From Chloroflexota bacterium (GTDB lineage: Bacteria > Chloroflexota > UBA11872 > JBHOQS01), in the NCBI GenBank assembly GCA_042408875.1, contig JBHOQS010000022.1, positions 368,424 to 432,423 of the forward strand: a stretch of DNA of 64,000 nt. The letters are read 5' to 3'. Within the stretch, counting starts at the first letter, position 1. Every line of letters starts with the position of its first letter. Made by a program: the position numbers and the translations under genes. The notes below the pieces were generated by a model, which was not told the origin of the DNA, did not search any database, and saw only the letters and a program-made list of their open reading frames with translations. This document shows positions 1-9,665 of the stretch, piece by piece.

Positions 1-1130
1 GGCCTGGATCCGGCGGCGCGCTCGCCTGAGCGAGGGCTGTGCGCGCGGCAGCGAGGTCCGCCTCTGCCTGCTCGACAGCCAGGCGCGCATCTGGCTCATT
101 CGGGCGTCCCCGCGCCCGTTCGAACGCCCGCTGCGCGGCCTGGAGTGCCAGCTCCTTCACCTGCACCTGCGCCTGGGCTGCCGCCAGGCGGGTCTGCTCA
201 GGTCCCTGCGCCGCCCGCGCCAGTTCGTCACGGGCGCGCTGGAGGGCCAGTTCAGCCGCGCTCAGCTCTTGCTCAGCGCGGCGCGCCTCTGTCTCCGCGG
301 CCAGGGCCTGCTGCTGGCGCTCGAGGGCCGCCACACCGGCGGACTGGGCGGCCAGCTGGCGCTCTGCCTGAGCGAGCCGCGCCCGCGCCTGCACCAGCGC
401 AGCCTCACCTTCCTTTAGGCTGGCCTGGCGTGAGGCTGCGTCCTCACCAAGCTGGGCCAGCCGTGTCAGTACCTGGCTCAGCGCGGCCTGAGCAGCGAGC
501 GCCTGGCTGCGGGCAGCCAACACCTCCTCCGGGGGCGCGCCCTGACGCGCTTTCGCCAGGGCTAGGAGCGCAGCATCCACCCTGGCCTGCGCCTGCTCGA
601 GTGCGACGCGCGCCGCGTGAGCACTGGCCGTACGCGCCTGCTGGTTCTTCTCCAGCGTGGCCCGCGCCTGCTCGAGGCGCAACAGAGCCTGCTCATACCG
701 TACCTGAGCGGAGAGCAGGTCCGCTTCAAGTTGTTCAGTCTCGAGTTCGGCCAGGAGTTGGCCGGGCTCGACATCCTGGCCGGCTTCGACGTAGACATCG
801 CGCAGCCGGCCGGCGGTCCGGAAGTACAGCAGGGCTTCACGTTGCGCGACCACCCGGCCGCTGAGGCTGAGCACCTCTTGGATCGAGCCGCGCGTGACAG
901 GTGCCGTCAGCCGTCCGGCGGTAGGGGTTCCGATCAGGACAGCCGCGCGCGCGCCTGCGTCACGGCCGGCAATGCGCGCCTGCGCGCCGTCCTGGACGGG
1001 CCCGTGGCCGGGCAAGGGCAGCGCGCAGCTCGCGAGCGCTAGCACTACGAGCCCGGCCACCAGGCCGCGTGCAGGCAGTCGCGCGAGATCGCGCCGGAGC
1101 AATAGGGTGCAAGGCCAGAAGCGCGCCATG
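1..1130 (-). CDS. HlyD-family efflux membrane-fusion (periplasmic adaptor) protein; partial, C-terminus runs off the window start
   Basis: Minus-strand ATG at 1130. N-terminal TM anchor (LVAGLVVLALAS) is followed by a beta-strand lipoyl-like segment (VTRGSIQEVLSLSGRVVAQ...VYVEAGQDVEPGQLLAELE) and a very long Ala/Gln/Leu coiled coil. It has no stop inside the window, which is why it is absent from the ORF track. The plus-strand ORFs at 39-1266 are antisense artefacts. Confidence 0.7.
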
Positions 1131-1469
1131 CGTTCGCGGAGCTACCCTATGTACCGCTGGCCACCGTAATAGCAAGCACATCATAATGCACTTGCTACGG
1201 CAAAAACAACCGCCAGGACACGGGCTCTCGGGCGTGCTGAGCGCGGCTGCCGGAACGGACCGCTAACGCACCCCGGACAAGCGGCCACGTGCCTTGGACG
1301 CAACTACCTGGTTGGGTACAATTACCATGGATTCCTGTGGTACTCTTCTGGCGTGCTTTCTGCCGTACCGGTCTTCTGGGCGGGCAGAGGCTACAAGCTG
1401 AGGCGCCTGAGAGCCTGAATGCGCCTCCACGCAGCGATGGGCTGCGATCTGGCTCAAGCGTGAGGTGCC

Positions 1470-2975
1470 GTGACTGAGCATCGTGATTACTTTATCTGGA
1501 CTATCGGTTGCCAGATGAATAAAGCCGACTCGGAGCGCATCGCCGGTGCGCTTGACGCGGCGGGGTATCTGGAGACCGATAGCGAGCAGCATGCTGACAT
1601 CATTGTGCTCAACACATGCAGCGTGCGCGAGCATGCGGAGAGTCGGCTGTGGGGGAAGCTGAGCGAGCTGGCGCGCCTCAAGCGCGAGCGGCCGCACCTG
1701 ATCGTCGGCATGACCGGCTGCGCGGCCACTGGCTCGGCCGACATCGCCGCGATCAAGAAGCGCTATCCGTTCGTGGATGTTTTCTTCAACGCGATTAATC
1801 CCGGCGAGCTGCTGCGCACGATCGAGGCGAGGAGGCGCCAGGCGCAAGAGGGGACGCTCGGGAGCGAGACGCAGCCTGCTCCAGCGCCGGTGCGCGGTCC
1901 TGAGCTCCTACCGGTAGTGGGCGCCAGCAGCCCGGCGATGACGGCGCGGACTATTCCACGGTACGTGCCAGAAGTGCCGCTGAGCACGTATAAGCCGGCC
2001 TCCACTGGCGCGGTCTCGCGTTATGTGCCCGTCATCTACGGGTGCAACATGAACTGCACGTATTGCATCGTGCCCTTCCGGCGCGGCCGCGAGTGGAGCC
2101 GGCCCGTTGAAGAAATACTGCTGGAAGCACAAGCGTTTGTGGCGCAGGGCGCGCGCGAGCTTATCCTGTTGGGGCAGATCGTCGATGCCTATGGGCATGA
2201 CCTCCCCGGGCGGCCGTCCCTGGCTTGGCTGCTCAGGAAGCTCAACGACCTGGATGGGGTCTACCGGCTGCGCTTTGTCACCTCGCACCCGTTGTACATG
2301 AACGACGAGCTTATCGACGCGGTGGCCACGCTCGACAAAGTGTGCGAGGAGATCAATATCCCGGTGCAGTCCGGCGACGACGCGATCCTGCGCTCCATGC
2401 GGCGTGGCTATACTGTACAGCGCTACCGTGACATCGTCGCCCGGATCCGCGATCGGGTGCCTGGCGTGGCGATCTCAACCGATATCATTGTGGGCTACCC
2501 CGGTGAGACGGAAGCACAGTTCGAGAATACCTTGCGGTTGCTGGACGAGCTGAAGCTTGACGTGGTGCACGTGGCAGCTTTCTCGCCGCGGCCGGGCACG
2601 CCAGCTGCACAGATGCCTGACAGCGTGCCGCCTGAGGAAAAGAAGCGGCGCCTGCACGAGGTCGAGAAGCTCCAAGAGGGAATTACCGCGGCGATTAACG
2701 CGCGCCTCCAGGGCCAGGTCGTTGAGGTCCTCGTCGAGGAGCTCAGCACCGATGGGCCGCGCCGGCAGCCCGGCCCGCGCTGGAAGGGCCGCACGCGGAC
2801 CAACAAGCTCGTGTTCTTCAGCGATCCGCACCATGACTGGCGGGGGAAGTTGGTGCACGTGCGGATCGACTACACATCGCCGTGGTCGCTCATCGGCACC
2901 GTCCTAGGGGAGGTCGGGAGCACACCCGCCGCGCGGCAGTGGCAGATGGCCCTGCCGGTCGCGGCTGCCGGCTAG
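1470..2975 (+). CDS. miaB: tRNA-i6A37 methylthiotransferase MiaB (radical-SAM MTTase) with an unusual Pro/Ala-rich insertion
   Basis: N-terminal MTTase motif (FIWTIGCQMNKADSE), radical-SAM CxxxCxxC (YGCNMNCTYCIVP), C-terminal TRAM-like domain. GTG start. Confidence 0.85.
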   Translation: MTEHRDYFIWTIGCQMNKADSERIAGALDAAGYLETDSEQHADIIVLNTCSVREHAESRLWGKLSELARLKRERPHLIVGMTGCAATGSADIAAIKKRYPFVDVFFNAINPGELLRTIEARRRQAQEGTLGSETQPAPAPVRGPELLPVVGASSPAMTARTIPRYVPEVPLSTYKPASTGAVSRYVPVIYGCNMNCTYCIVPFRRGREWSRPVEEILLEAQAFVAQGARELILLGQIVDAYGHDLPGRPSLAWLLRKLNDLDGVYRLRFVTSHPLYMNDELIDAVATLDKVCEEINIPVQSGDDAILRSMRRGYTVQRYRDIVARIRDRVPGVAISTDIIVGYPGETEAQFENTLRLLDELKLDVVHVAAFSPRPGTPAAQMPDSVPPEEKKRRLHEVEKLQEGITAAINARLQGQVVEVLVEELSTDGPRRQPGPRWKGRTRTNKLVFFSDPHHDWRGKLVHVRIDYTSPWSLIGTVLGEVGSTPAARQWQMALPVAAAG

Positions 2976-3148
2976 CCGGCAGCGGTCCTGTGTCCTGACG
3001 CGGCCGGCGCCAGCGACGCACTGCGTGGAGGGAGGGTGATCCCTGCGAGAGCCTCCGCTCCCGTGTCATTGACAGAGAATGTGCATGCTTCCCAACGTAT
3101 AGGCGTTTGCGGTCTCACACACCCTCCAGTCTTGTTTCGAGCAGGAAG

Positions 3149-3997
3149 ATGATGCAATACGGGGTAAATGAGCGCTCCCGCGTCAAGCGGCAGTGGGTTG
3201 AGCAGGCAATCAAGCTGGCCATGCAGAGCCAGTGGGAGGAGGCGGTCCGGCTCAACCGTCGCATCCTGGAGGCTTTTGGGCCCGACGCCGAGACGTACAA
3301 CCGTCTGGGCAAGGCGCTGAGCGAGCTCGGTCGTGTGGCGGAGGCGCGGCAGGCATACGAGGCTGCGTTGCAGCTTGATCCGCGCAATACGATCGCTCGG
3401 AAGAACTTGGAGCGCCTCAAGCTGCTCGGCGAGGCTCAGGTGGCCGTCGCCCGTGAGGAAGGAGTGAATCCGCAGCTCTTTATTGAAGAGACTGGCAAGA
3501 CCGGCCGGACGACGCTTGTCCATGTCGGCCCGCCTGAGGCTCTGGCGAAGGTCGCACCGGCAGACCAGGTCTACCTCCGCCCGGATGGCAACATCTTGAA
3601 AGTCGTGAGTGCACACGGGGACGTGCTGGGCGAGGTGGAGCCGCGGCTTGCTGTCCGCTTGCTCAAGCTCATGGCCGGCGGAAACCGCTACGCGGCGGCG
3701 ATCACGTCGATCGACTCCGCGAACAATCAGGTGCAGATCATCATCCGCGAGACCTACCAGCATCCGAGCCAGGCCGGCCGGGTGTCCTTCCCAACGAAGG
3801 GCGGAGCAGAAGCTGATCTGCGACCGTACACCCGAGAGCAGCGCGTGCCACGGTTTGACATCCTGGGCTATGAGGAAGAGGAGGAGCTCGGCGGTATCGA
3901 AGAGGAAGAGGAGGAAGAGCTCGAAGCCGAAGTCGAAGGCGACGAGACCCTGGCGGAGCCATACTACGAAGAAGATGAGTCCCAGGTGGAGTCATAG
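3149..3997 (+). CDS. TPR-repeat protein with a poly-Glu acidic C-terminal tail
   Basis: TPR-like helical repeats (AETYNRLGKALSELGRVAEARQAYEAALQLDPRN) and a C-terminal EEEEELGGIEEEEEEELEAEVEGDE run. ATG at 3149 preceded by GGAAG. The longer ORF from 3107 and the antisense ORF 2972..3763 are rejected. Confidence 0.6.
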   Translation: MMQYGVNERSRVKRQWVEQAIKLAMQSQWEEAVRLNRRILEAFGPDAETYNRLGKALSELGRVAEARQAYEAALQLDPRNTIARKNLERLKLLGEAQVAVAREEGVNPQLFIEETGKTGRTTLVHVGPPEALAKVAPADQVYLRPDGNILKVVSAHGDVLGEVEPRLAVRLLKLMAGGNRYAAAITSIDSANNQVQIIIRETYQHPSQAGRVSFPTKGGAEADLRPYTREQRVPRFDILGYEEEEELGGIEEEEEEELEAEVEGDETLAEPYYEEDESQVES

Positions 3998-5747
3998 GGC
4001 GGGTCCGCTTGTCACAGCCCTCGCGCTGCTCTCCTTGCTCTTCATGGCCTGTGCCCGACCGGCGCGCGAGCTGCCGGCGATGGGCACAGACGAGTACTGG
4101 GGGCGCGCTGGACCACTCGCCCAGCGACTGGCGGAGGCGATCCGCCTGTTCAGCGTGAACAACGCTGCGGTCGCCCAGGCCCAACTCGACCTCGGCCGCT
4201 ACTGCCAGTCGATCGAGGCGCTGGCGCCTGACATCTTCGATACAGGCCGGCGCCTTGTCCCGCTCCAGCCTCCGGCGCGCTGGCGCCACGCCCACGAGGC
4301 GCTGATCCGGTCTTCCGATCTGCTCGTAGCAAGCGTACGGCTCGTGCGCGAGTTTCGCGCCACCAGGCGAATGGAACATCTGGCCCAGACGTTTCAGCAG
4401 GTGCAGCAGGCACAGCAGGAGCTGGAGCACGCTGCTCGCCAGGCCGCCGATCGTCCCGAGGGCACGGCGCTGGCGGCCCGGCTGGATGAGCTAGGCGCTG
4501 TGTCGATCGATGCGCAGGCTACCCCGGTCTACACCGTCATGGTCGGACCGTTCGCCAGCGCCGCGGAGGCAAAGGCCGTCGCCGAGCGCGCTGGCCCGCC
4601 GGCGACGGCGACCGAGCAGAGCCCGTTCCTGGTGCGCCTGGCCGCCTTCGATCAGTTCGGCGCAGCTGAAGAAGAGGCCGAGGCGTGGCGAGGGCGCGGG
4701 GTACCGGCCCGAGTAGAGGAAGAGCAGCGCTTCAGCTTTCAGGTGAGATGGGTGCGCCCGGCCAGAGCGCGTGTCTGGCGCGAGCCGGTCTGGCAGCAGG
4801 CCCTCTCTTTCCCCGCTACGAACGTGGCTGCTTCGGACACCGGTGATGTGATCATCGTGACCGCGCCCGACGGCTCCATGCAGGGGTGGAGTGTCAGCGG
4901 AGTATACCAGTGGCATCGCAAGCTTGACGTACCTATCCACTCGGCCGCCATGTCCGGCAACGGAGAGCGGCTACTGCTGGCCGGCTACACGGTCTCCTAC
5001 CATGCGAAGAACGGCCAGAACCTCTGGCGCGCGCCCGATAACACCGACGGAGCCCTGATCGTCGAGACCCAGATAAGCCAGGACGGCACGCTCATGGCCG
5101 CTCGCTCAGCGAACGATAGCGGAGAGGGGCGCATCTTCGGCCTGGGCCCGTGGGGACGGCTGTGGCGCACCAGGGACGACGTGGGCGCACAGGCCATGTG
5201 GGTGTCGCCGAAGGGCGACCTCATCGCTGCGCTGTCCAATCGCAACGGGGACAGTTTTGTGGTCGTGTACAACCCGGCGGGTGAACGGGTATACCAGTTC
5301 CCGGTCCTGCGCAACGCCCAGCGTATCGTCCTCGCTCCTGGTGGAAAGCACACCGGCATTCTCACTTCTACGGAAGTTGCCTGGTACGAGAACGACGGCG
5401 GGAAGCTGGTCTGGCGCCAGCCGTTCCGGGGACAGTTGCTTCTACTCAATGGCGACGGCACACGCCTGGTAGCCGCCGGGCGTGACGGTATCGCCGTATT
5501 CGATCCGGCCGGCAATCGCCTGTGGATCGCCGCCGACTGGCCGATCACCCAGCTGGCTCTAGGTGGGAGCTCTCTTGCTGCGGTAACGGAAGGCGTGCGC
5601 GTGCAGGTATATCGCCTCGACGGTACCGTACTCGGCGAGGTGACACCACTCACCACCGTGCGCTCACTGGCCCTCGCTCAGCAGGGACGCCGCCTGCTCG
5701 TCCTCGACGCAGAGCAGAAGCTGACGGCGTGGGACCTGCCCGCGTAG
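3975..5747 (+). CDS. Secreted or membrane-anchored protein with a SPOR-like domain and C-terminal beta-propeller (PQQ/WD-like) repeats
   Basis: Signal peptide or lipoprotein-like N-terminus (MSPRWSHRAGPLVTALALLSLLFMACARP). SPOR-like segment (TPVYTVMVGPFASAAEAKAVAERAG...FLVRLAAFDQFGAAEEEAEAW). Repeated propeller blades (GDGTRLVAAGRDGIAVFDPAGNRLW...KLTAWDLPA). The track ORF starts at 3609 inside the previous gene. The first sensible ATG is 3975, which overlaps the TPR gene by 23 nt. Confidence 0.55.
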   Translation: MSPRWSHRAGPLVTALALLSLLFMACARPARELPAMGTDEYWGRAGPLAQRLAEAIRLFSVNNAAVAQAQLDLGRYCQSIEALAPDIFDTGRRLVPLQPPARWRHAHEALIRSSDLLVASVRLVREFRATRRMEHLAQTFQQVQQAQQELEHAARQAADRPEGTALAARLDELGAVSIDAQATPVYTVMVGPFASAAEAKAVAERAGPPATATEQSPFLVRLAAFDQFGAAEEEAEAWRGRGVPARVEEEQRFSFQVRWVRPARARVWREPVWQQALSFPATNVAASDTGDVIIVTAPDGSMQGWSVSGVYQWHRKLDVPIHSAAMSGNGERLLLAGYTVSYHAKNGQNLWRAPDNTDGALIVETQISQDGTLMAARSANDSGEGRIFGLGPWGRLWRTRDDVGAQAMWVSPKGDLIAALSNRNGDSFVVVYNPAGERVYQFPVLRNAQRIVLAPGGKHTGILTSTEVAWYENDGGKLVWRQPFRGQLLLLNGDGTRLVAAGRDGIAVFDPAGNRLWIAADWPITQLALGGSSLAAVTEGVRVQVYRLDGTVLGEVTPLTTVRSLALAQQGRRLLVLDAEQKLTAWDLPA

Positions 5748-5857
5748 ACGCGGCGTCCTGCGACCTTCTGCTTGTTCTTCTCGCCCGGTGCATCATCCCC
5801 ATGCATTGCCCTAGGCCTCTGGCTGTCAGAAAATCGGGCCGTGCGGTGTTTCTTTGA

Positions 5858-6475
5858 GTGAAGCCGCATGAAGCGCGCTTCGCCCAGCATTTCCCGGAGC
5901 GACTGGTGCAACGAGTGGATGTCCTGGCTCGACGAGAGGGAGTGCCTGCCAGCAGGTTCGAGGATGTGTTCGTGCAGCTCTACCCAGACCTCTATAGCCT
6001 TGCCTATCGGGTCCTGGGGGAGCGCGAGGAAGCGGAGGATATACTCCAGGAGTGCTTCTTGCGGCTGGACGGCGCTGCAGTGCTTCAGCGGCCCGACGGC
6101 GAGGTGGCGGCGTGGCTGCGTCGGGTCTGCTTGAACTTGGCCTTCAACCGAAGGCGTGATCGACGGCGCGCTCGGGAGCATCTCGAACGAGCCGGCCGTC
6201 TGGACGCTGCGGCGCTGAGGGACCAGGATGGCGGCGATCCCTCTGTCGTGGTGGTGCGCCGGGAAGAGCAGGAGGAAGTACGGCGGGCTCTTGCTGCCCT
6301 GCCGGAGCGGCAGCGGAACTGCCTCCTCTTGCGGCATGCCGGGTACTCGTATGCGGAGATCGCCGCGACGCTCGGCATCGCGGCAGGCTCCGTAGGGGTG
6401 TTGCTGGCTCGTGCTGAGCGCGCGTTTCGTGACATCTACCAGAGGTATCAGGAGCATGGTGATGCGCTGTCCTGA
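5858..6475 (+). CDS. ECF-type RNA polymerase sigma factor
   Basis: Sigma-70 region 2 (VFVQLYPDLYSLAYRVLGEREEAEDILQECFLRL) and region 4 HTH (LPERQRNCLLLRHAGYSYAEIAATLGIAAGSVGVLLARAERAFR). Its 3' end overlaps the next gene. Confidence 0.8.
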   Translation: MKPHEARFAQHFPERLVQRVDVLARREGVPASRFEDVFVQLYPDLYSLAYRVLGEREEAEDILQECFLRLDGAAVLQRPDGEVAAWLRRVCLNLAFNRRRDRRRAREHLERAGRLDAAALRDQDGGDPSVVVVRREEQEEVRRALAALPERQRNCLLLRHAGYSYAEIAATLGIAAGSVGVLLARAERAFRDIYQRYQEHGDALS

Positions 6476-7712
6476 CATCGGCGCCTGGCGGGCGTGGCTG
6501 GATGGGGAAGCAAGTGTGCGTCTCTCCGATCCTGCCGCGCATCTCCAGACATGTGCAGCCTGCCGGCATCAGGTCGAAGAGCTGCGCAGGAACGCGGCGG
6601 GGGTGGCAAAAGCACTGGCGGCCCTTTCCCCCGGCGAATGGCCGTCTCTGGCAGAGATCGCACGCGCTCGCGCTCGGTTGGAGCAGCGGCGCGCGGCGCC
6701 GGCCGCGGCTCCTGCACCAGCGCACCGGCGGCCGTTCTCCGTTCTCCGCCAGGCTGGTGTCAAGCGCTTCATCCGTGGGCAGTCTTTGGGTGGGCAGTCT
6801 TTGGGTAGGCAGTCTTTGGGTGGAGATCGTACGATGAGATTTCTTCAGCTTCAGATAGCTGTGCGCTGGCGTGCCGTCGCCGCCGGGCTCGCGGCAGCCG
6901 CTGTCCTGATCTTGGCATTGAGTACGCCGGGGGGACAGCGTGCCTTTGCCCAGTTCCTCGCCCAGTTCCGCAGCCAGCGCTTCCAGGTGGTCACGATAGA
7001 TCCGCGCCAGATGCCGAGCGGCATAGCCCAGCTCGAGCGGCTGGGGACCCTCAGCGCGGATGTGCGCGACCGGCAGCCGGTGGAAGTGCCGAGCGCGGCG
7101 GAGGCGAGCAAGCAAGTAGGCTTTGCGGTGAAGCTGCCCGATCCGGCAGCGCTGCCCACGGGTGTGAGCAGGACACCGCGCATCCTGGTCACCCCGGCAG
7201 CCGAATACCGCTTCACATTCGAGAAGGCAAAGGCCGCGGAGTACTTCCGGCAGGCAGGCCGGCCGGAGATCAGCCTGCCGGACAAGTTCGACGGTGCGAC
7301 GCTGATCGTCTCCGTCCCTGCTGCTGTGCTGCTACAGTATCAGGTGCAGGGCGGTGGTGACCGTGACCCCGGCCTACTCATCGGCCAGGCGGGAGAGCTC
7401 CAGGCCAGGGTCGAAGGGAAGGTCACGCTTGACGAGCTGCGGGACTTCCTCTTGGGGCTGCCAGGCCTGCCGCCGGACACCGTACAGCAGTTGCGGGCGA
7501 TCAAGGACTGGCGCACGACCCTGCCGATCCCGGTGCCCGCCGACCGGGTCGTCTGGAAGCAGGCGCGGCTCGCCGGCGTGGATGGCCTGATCCTGAGCGA
7601 TAGCTCCGGCCTGGGCAGCGCCGCCCTCTGGCAACGCGATGGTCGGGTCTACGGCGTCGCCGGACCGCTCTCGTCAGCGGAGATCCAGCGTGTTGCCGAA
7701 AGCCTCCGCTAA
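6456..7712 (+). CDS. Anti-sigma factor: zf-HC2 zinc finger, single TM helix, extracytoplasmic DUF4367-like domain
   Basis: N-terminal CPDIGAWRAWLDGE...HLQTCAACRHQVEEL is the classic zf-HC2 anti-sigma motif. A TM helix follows (AAGLAAAAVLILAL). Start overlaps the ECF sigma stop. Confidence 0.7.
   Translation: MVMRCPDIGAWRAWLDGEASVRLSDPAAHLQTCAACRHQVEELRRNAAGVAKALAALSPGEWPSLAEIARARARLEQRRAAPAAAPAPAHRRPFSVLRQAGVKRFIRGQSLGGQSLGRQSLGGDRTMRFLQLQIAVRWRAVAAGLAAAAVLILALSTPGGQRAFAQFLAQFRSQRFQVVTIDPRQMPSGIAQLERLGTLSADVRDRQPVEVPSAAEASKQVGFAVKLPDPAALPTGVSRTPRILVTPAAEYRFTFEKAKAAEYFRQAGRPEISLPDKFDGATLIVSVPAAVLLQYQVQGGGDRDPGLLIGQAGELQARVEGKVTLDELRDFLLGLPGLPPDTVQQLRAIKDWRTTLPIPVPADRVVWKQARLAGVDGLILSDSSGLGSAALWQRDGRVYGVAGPLSSAEIQRVAESLR
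6776..6820 (+). repeat. 15-bp tandem repeat x3 (gggcagtctttgggt), in-frame within the anti-sigma gene; encodes GQSLG-GQSLG-RQSLG
   Basis: Three contiguous copies, one mismatch in copy 3. Confidence 0.9.
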
Positions 7713-8661
7713 GCAGCCGCCCGCGGCGGGGCGTATTCCGGCTGCCGCAGGCATCCCGGCGATTGAGACCGCCGGCCTGTGCAAGGAGTACGGCGGCAGG
7801 ATGGTGCTCCATGACCTCTCCCTGACCGTGTATCAGGGAGAGGTCTTCGGCTTCCTCGGTCCCAACGGGGCAGGCAAGACCACCACGGTGAAGATTCTGG
7901 TCGGGCTGGTGCGTCCCACGGCCGGTGAGGCGCGTCTCTTCGGGCGGCCGGTGCACGATCCGGCGGCACGACGGCGGATTGGCTATCTGCCTGAGAACTT
8001 TCGCTTCCACGACTGGATGACCGGCGAGGAGCTCCTCGAGTTCCACGGCCGGCTCGCCGGCATGCCAGCCGCTGAGCGGCGCGCCCGCATCCCTGAGGTG
8101 CTGAAGCTAGTTGGTCTGGCCGGACGCGGGCGCGAGCGTATCGGCAACTACTCCAAGGGCATGGCGCAGCGTATCGGGCTGGCCCAGGCGCTGCTGCACC
8201 GCCCGGACCTGGTTTTGCTTGATGAGCCCACCTCGGCACTGGACCCGGTCGGCCGCCGTGAGGTGCGCGACCTCATCCGGCGCCTGCGCGCTGAAGGCGT
8301 GACGGTATTCCTGAACTCGCACCTGCTCAGCGAGGTAGAGCTGGTGTGCGACCGCGTGGCGGTCGTTGATCAAGGGAGGGTGGTGCGCAGCGGGCGGCTG
8401 CGTGAGCTCCTCGGCAGCGTGGCGGAGCTCCGCCTGAGCGTGGACCGCGCGGACGGCGAGCTGCTGGCCGCCCTCAGCCGCCACGCCGAGGTGCTTGCCG
8501 TTGAAGGCGCCACCGTAACCCTTGGTGTGCGCGACCTCGAGGCGGCGCCGCTCGTGGCCGAAGCGGTGGTACGCGCAGGCTACCGGTTGTACAGCCTCGT
8601 GCCAGTGCAGCGCTCGCTCGAAGACGTGTTCATCAGCCTCGTGGACGGCAAGGCGACATGA
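7690..8661 (+). CDS. ABC transporter ATP-binding protein (ABC-2 exporter type)
   Basis: Walker A GPNGAGKTTTVKIL, signature YSKGMAQRIGLAQAL, Walker B LVLLDEPTSALD. Start is uncertain (GTG 7690 or TTG 7693). The ORF from 7639 overlaps the anti-sigma gene. Confidence 0.8.
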   Translation: MLPKASAKQPPAAGRIPAAAGIPAIETAGLCKEYGGRMVLHDLSLTVYQGEVFGFLGPNGAGKTTTVKILVGLVRPTAGEARLFGRPVHDPAARRRIGYLPENFRFHDWMTGEELLEFHGRLAGMPAAERRARIPEVLKLVGLAGRGRERIGNYSKGMAQRIGLAQALLHRPDLVLLDEPTSALDPVGRREVRDLIRRLRAEGVTVFLNSHLLSEVELVCDRVAVVDQGRVVRSGRLRELLGSVAELRLSVDRADGELLAALSRHAEVLAVEGATVTLGVRDLEAAPLVAEAVVRAGYRLYSLVPVQRSLEDVFISLVDGKAT

Positions 8662-9515
8662 ATGCACTGATCATCATCATGCGGTTTACCATCCACGAAG
8701 CACTGCGGCGCCGCCTGGTCCTGGCCGGGGTGCTGCTGAGCCTGGCCTTCCTCGGCCTGTTCGCCCTTGGCTTTTCGTTTCTGTATGGCAAGGTCCTGGA
8801 GGCCACTGGCGCTCGCCCAAACCGGCAGATGCTGGCCGTCTTCGGGGCCACGATGACGTTGCTGGGCCTCTACGCCGTGAGCTTTCTTTCTAGTTTCATG
8901 GCGCTCTTTCTCACGGTGGGCGCGATTTCTGGAGAGGTTGACTCAGGAGCACTGCACGCCGTGCTAGCGCGCCCGCTACGGCGAGCCGAGTACGTCCTGG
9001 GGCGCTGGCTGGCCTGCGCCAGCATGGTGAGCCTGTATGTGGTGGCCATGTCCAGCGCAGTGCTGCTGATCGCCCAGCGCATCGCCGGCTACAGCGCAGT
9101 CGATGCGCTGCGGGGCATTGCGCTGCTGAGCCTCGCCGCCGCCGTGCTGGTGACGCTCAGCCTCTTCGGCAGCACCTGGCTTTCGACCCTCGCCAACGGC
9201 GTGGCCGTGTTCTCTCTCTTCGGCGTGGCCTGGCTGGCCGGGATCATCGAGGTCATCGGCGACGCGCTCCAGAACGAGGCGATGATCAACCTGGGCGTCC
9301 TGGTCAGCCTGCTCATCCCCAGCGACGCTCTCTGGCGCGGCGCCTCGTTTTACTTCCAGTCACCGGCGGCTATGCTTGCCCTGGCAGCGGGGCGCGGCAT
9401 GCTGCCCTTCGCCTCGAGTGCCCCGCCATCGGTGCCTTTCATCATCTGGTCGGTCGGGTACTTGCTGGCCCTGCTCGTCGGAGCTACGCTGATCTTCACC
9501 CGGCGCGACCTGTAA
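8658..9515 (+). CDS. ABC-2 family transporter permease
   Basis: Six predicted TM helices. ATGA start/stop overlap with the ATPase gene indicates translational coupling. Confidence 0.7.
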   Translation: MNALIIIMRFTIHEALRRRLVLAGVLLSLAFLGLFALGFSFLYGKVLEATGARPNRQMLAVFGATMTLLGLYAVSFLSSFMALFLTVGAISGEVDSGALHAVLARPLRRAEYVLGRWLACASMVSLYVVAMSSAVLLIAQRIAGYSAVDALRGIALLSLAAAVLVTLSLFGSTWLSTLANGVAVFSLFGVAWLAGIIEVIGDALQNEAMINLGVLVSLLIPSDALWRGASFYFQSPAAMLALAAGRGMLPFASSAPPSVPFIIWSVGYLLALLVGATLIFTRRDL

Positions 9516-9608
9516 CGCCCTTGCCTGCTTGGGGAGCAACGTGCCAAAGGTCGTAGGGGCGCAGCACTCGCCGCTTACATCCTTACGATACGATACAACA
9601 GCGCGGCG

Positions 9609-9646
9609 AAATTAAAATTTATAGGGGCGAAGAATTCTTCGCCCCT
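9609..9646 (-). terminator. Rho-independent terminator for the minus-strand EF-G gene, also placed to stop the convergent plus-strand ABC operon
   Basis: Perfect 24-bp palindrome AGGGGCGAAGAATTCTTCGCCCCT (9623-9646). On the minus-strand transcript it is followed by a U-rich tract (complement of aaattaaaatttat). Confidence 0.6.
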
Positions 9647-9665
9647 ACACAGACTAGTCTCGCCT

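Noticed and set aside
1160-1190. Imperfect palindrome agcaagcacatcataatgcacttgct in the hlyD/miaB divergent region
   Set aside because: Only a 6-bp stem pairs. Too weak to call an operator.
39-1266. Several plus-strand ORFs (110-239 aa) at the window start
   Set aside because: They are antisense or out-of-frame shadows of the minus-strand HlyD coiled-coil gene. Their Arg/Ala/Pro/Ser-rich composition is typical of wrong-frame GC-rich DNA.
2972-3763. 263-aa minus-strand ORF overlapping the TPR gene
   Set aside because: The opposite-strand TPR ORF has coherent repeats and an RBS. This one has antisense-type composition.
3609-3974. N-terminal 122-aa extension of the 712-aa ORF
   Set aside because: It lies inside the TPR gene in another frame and is Arg/Ser-rich junk. 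The first plausible start with a signal peptide is 3975.
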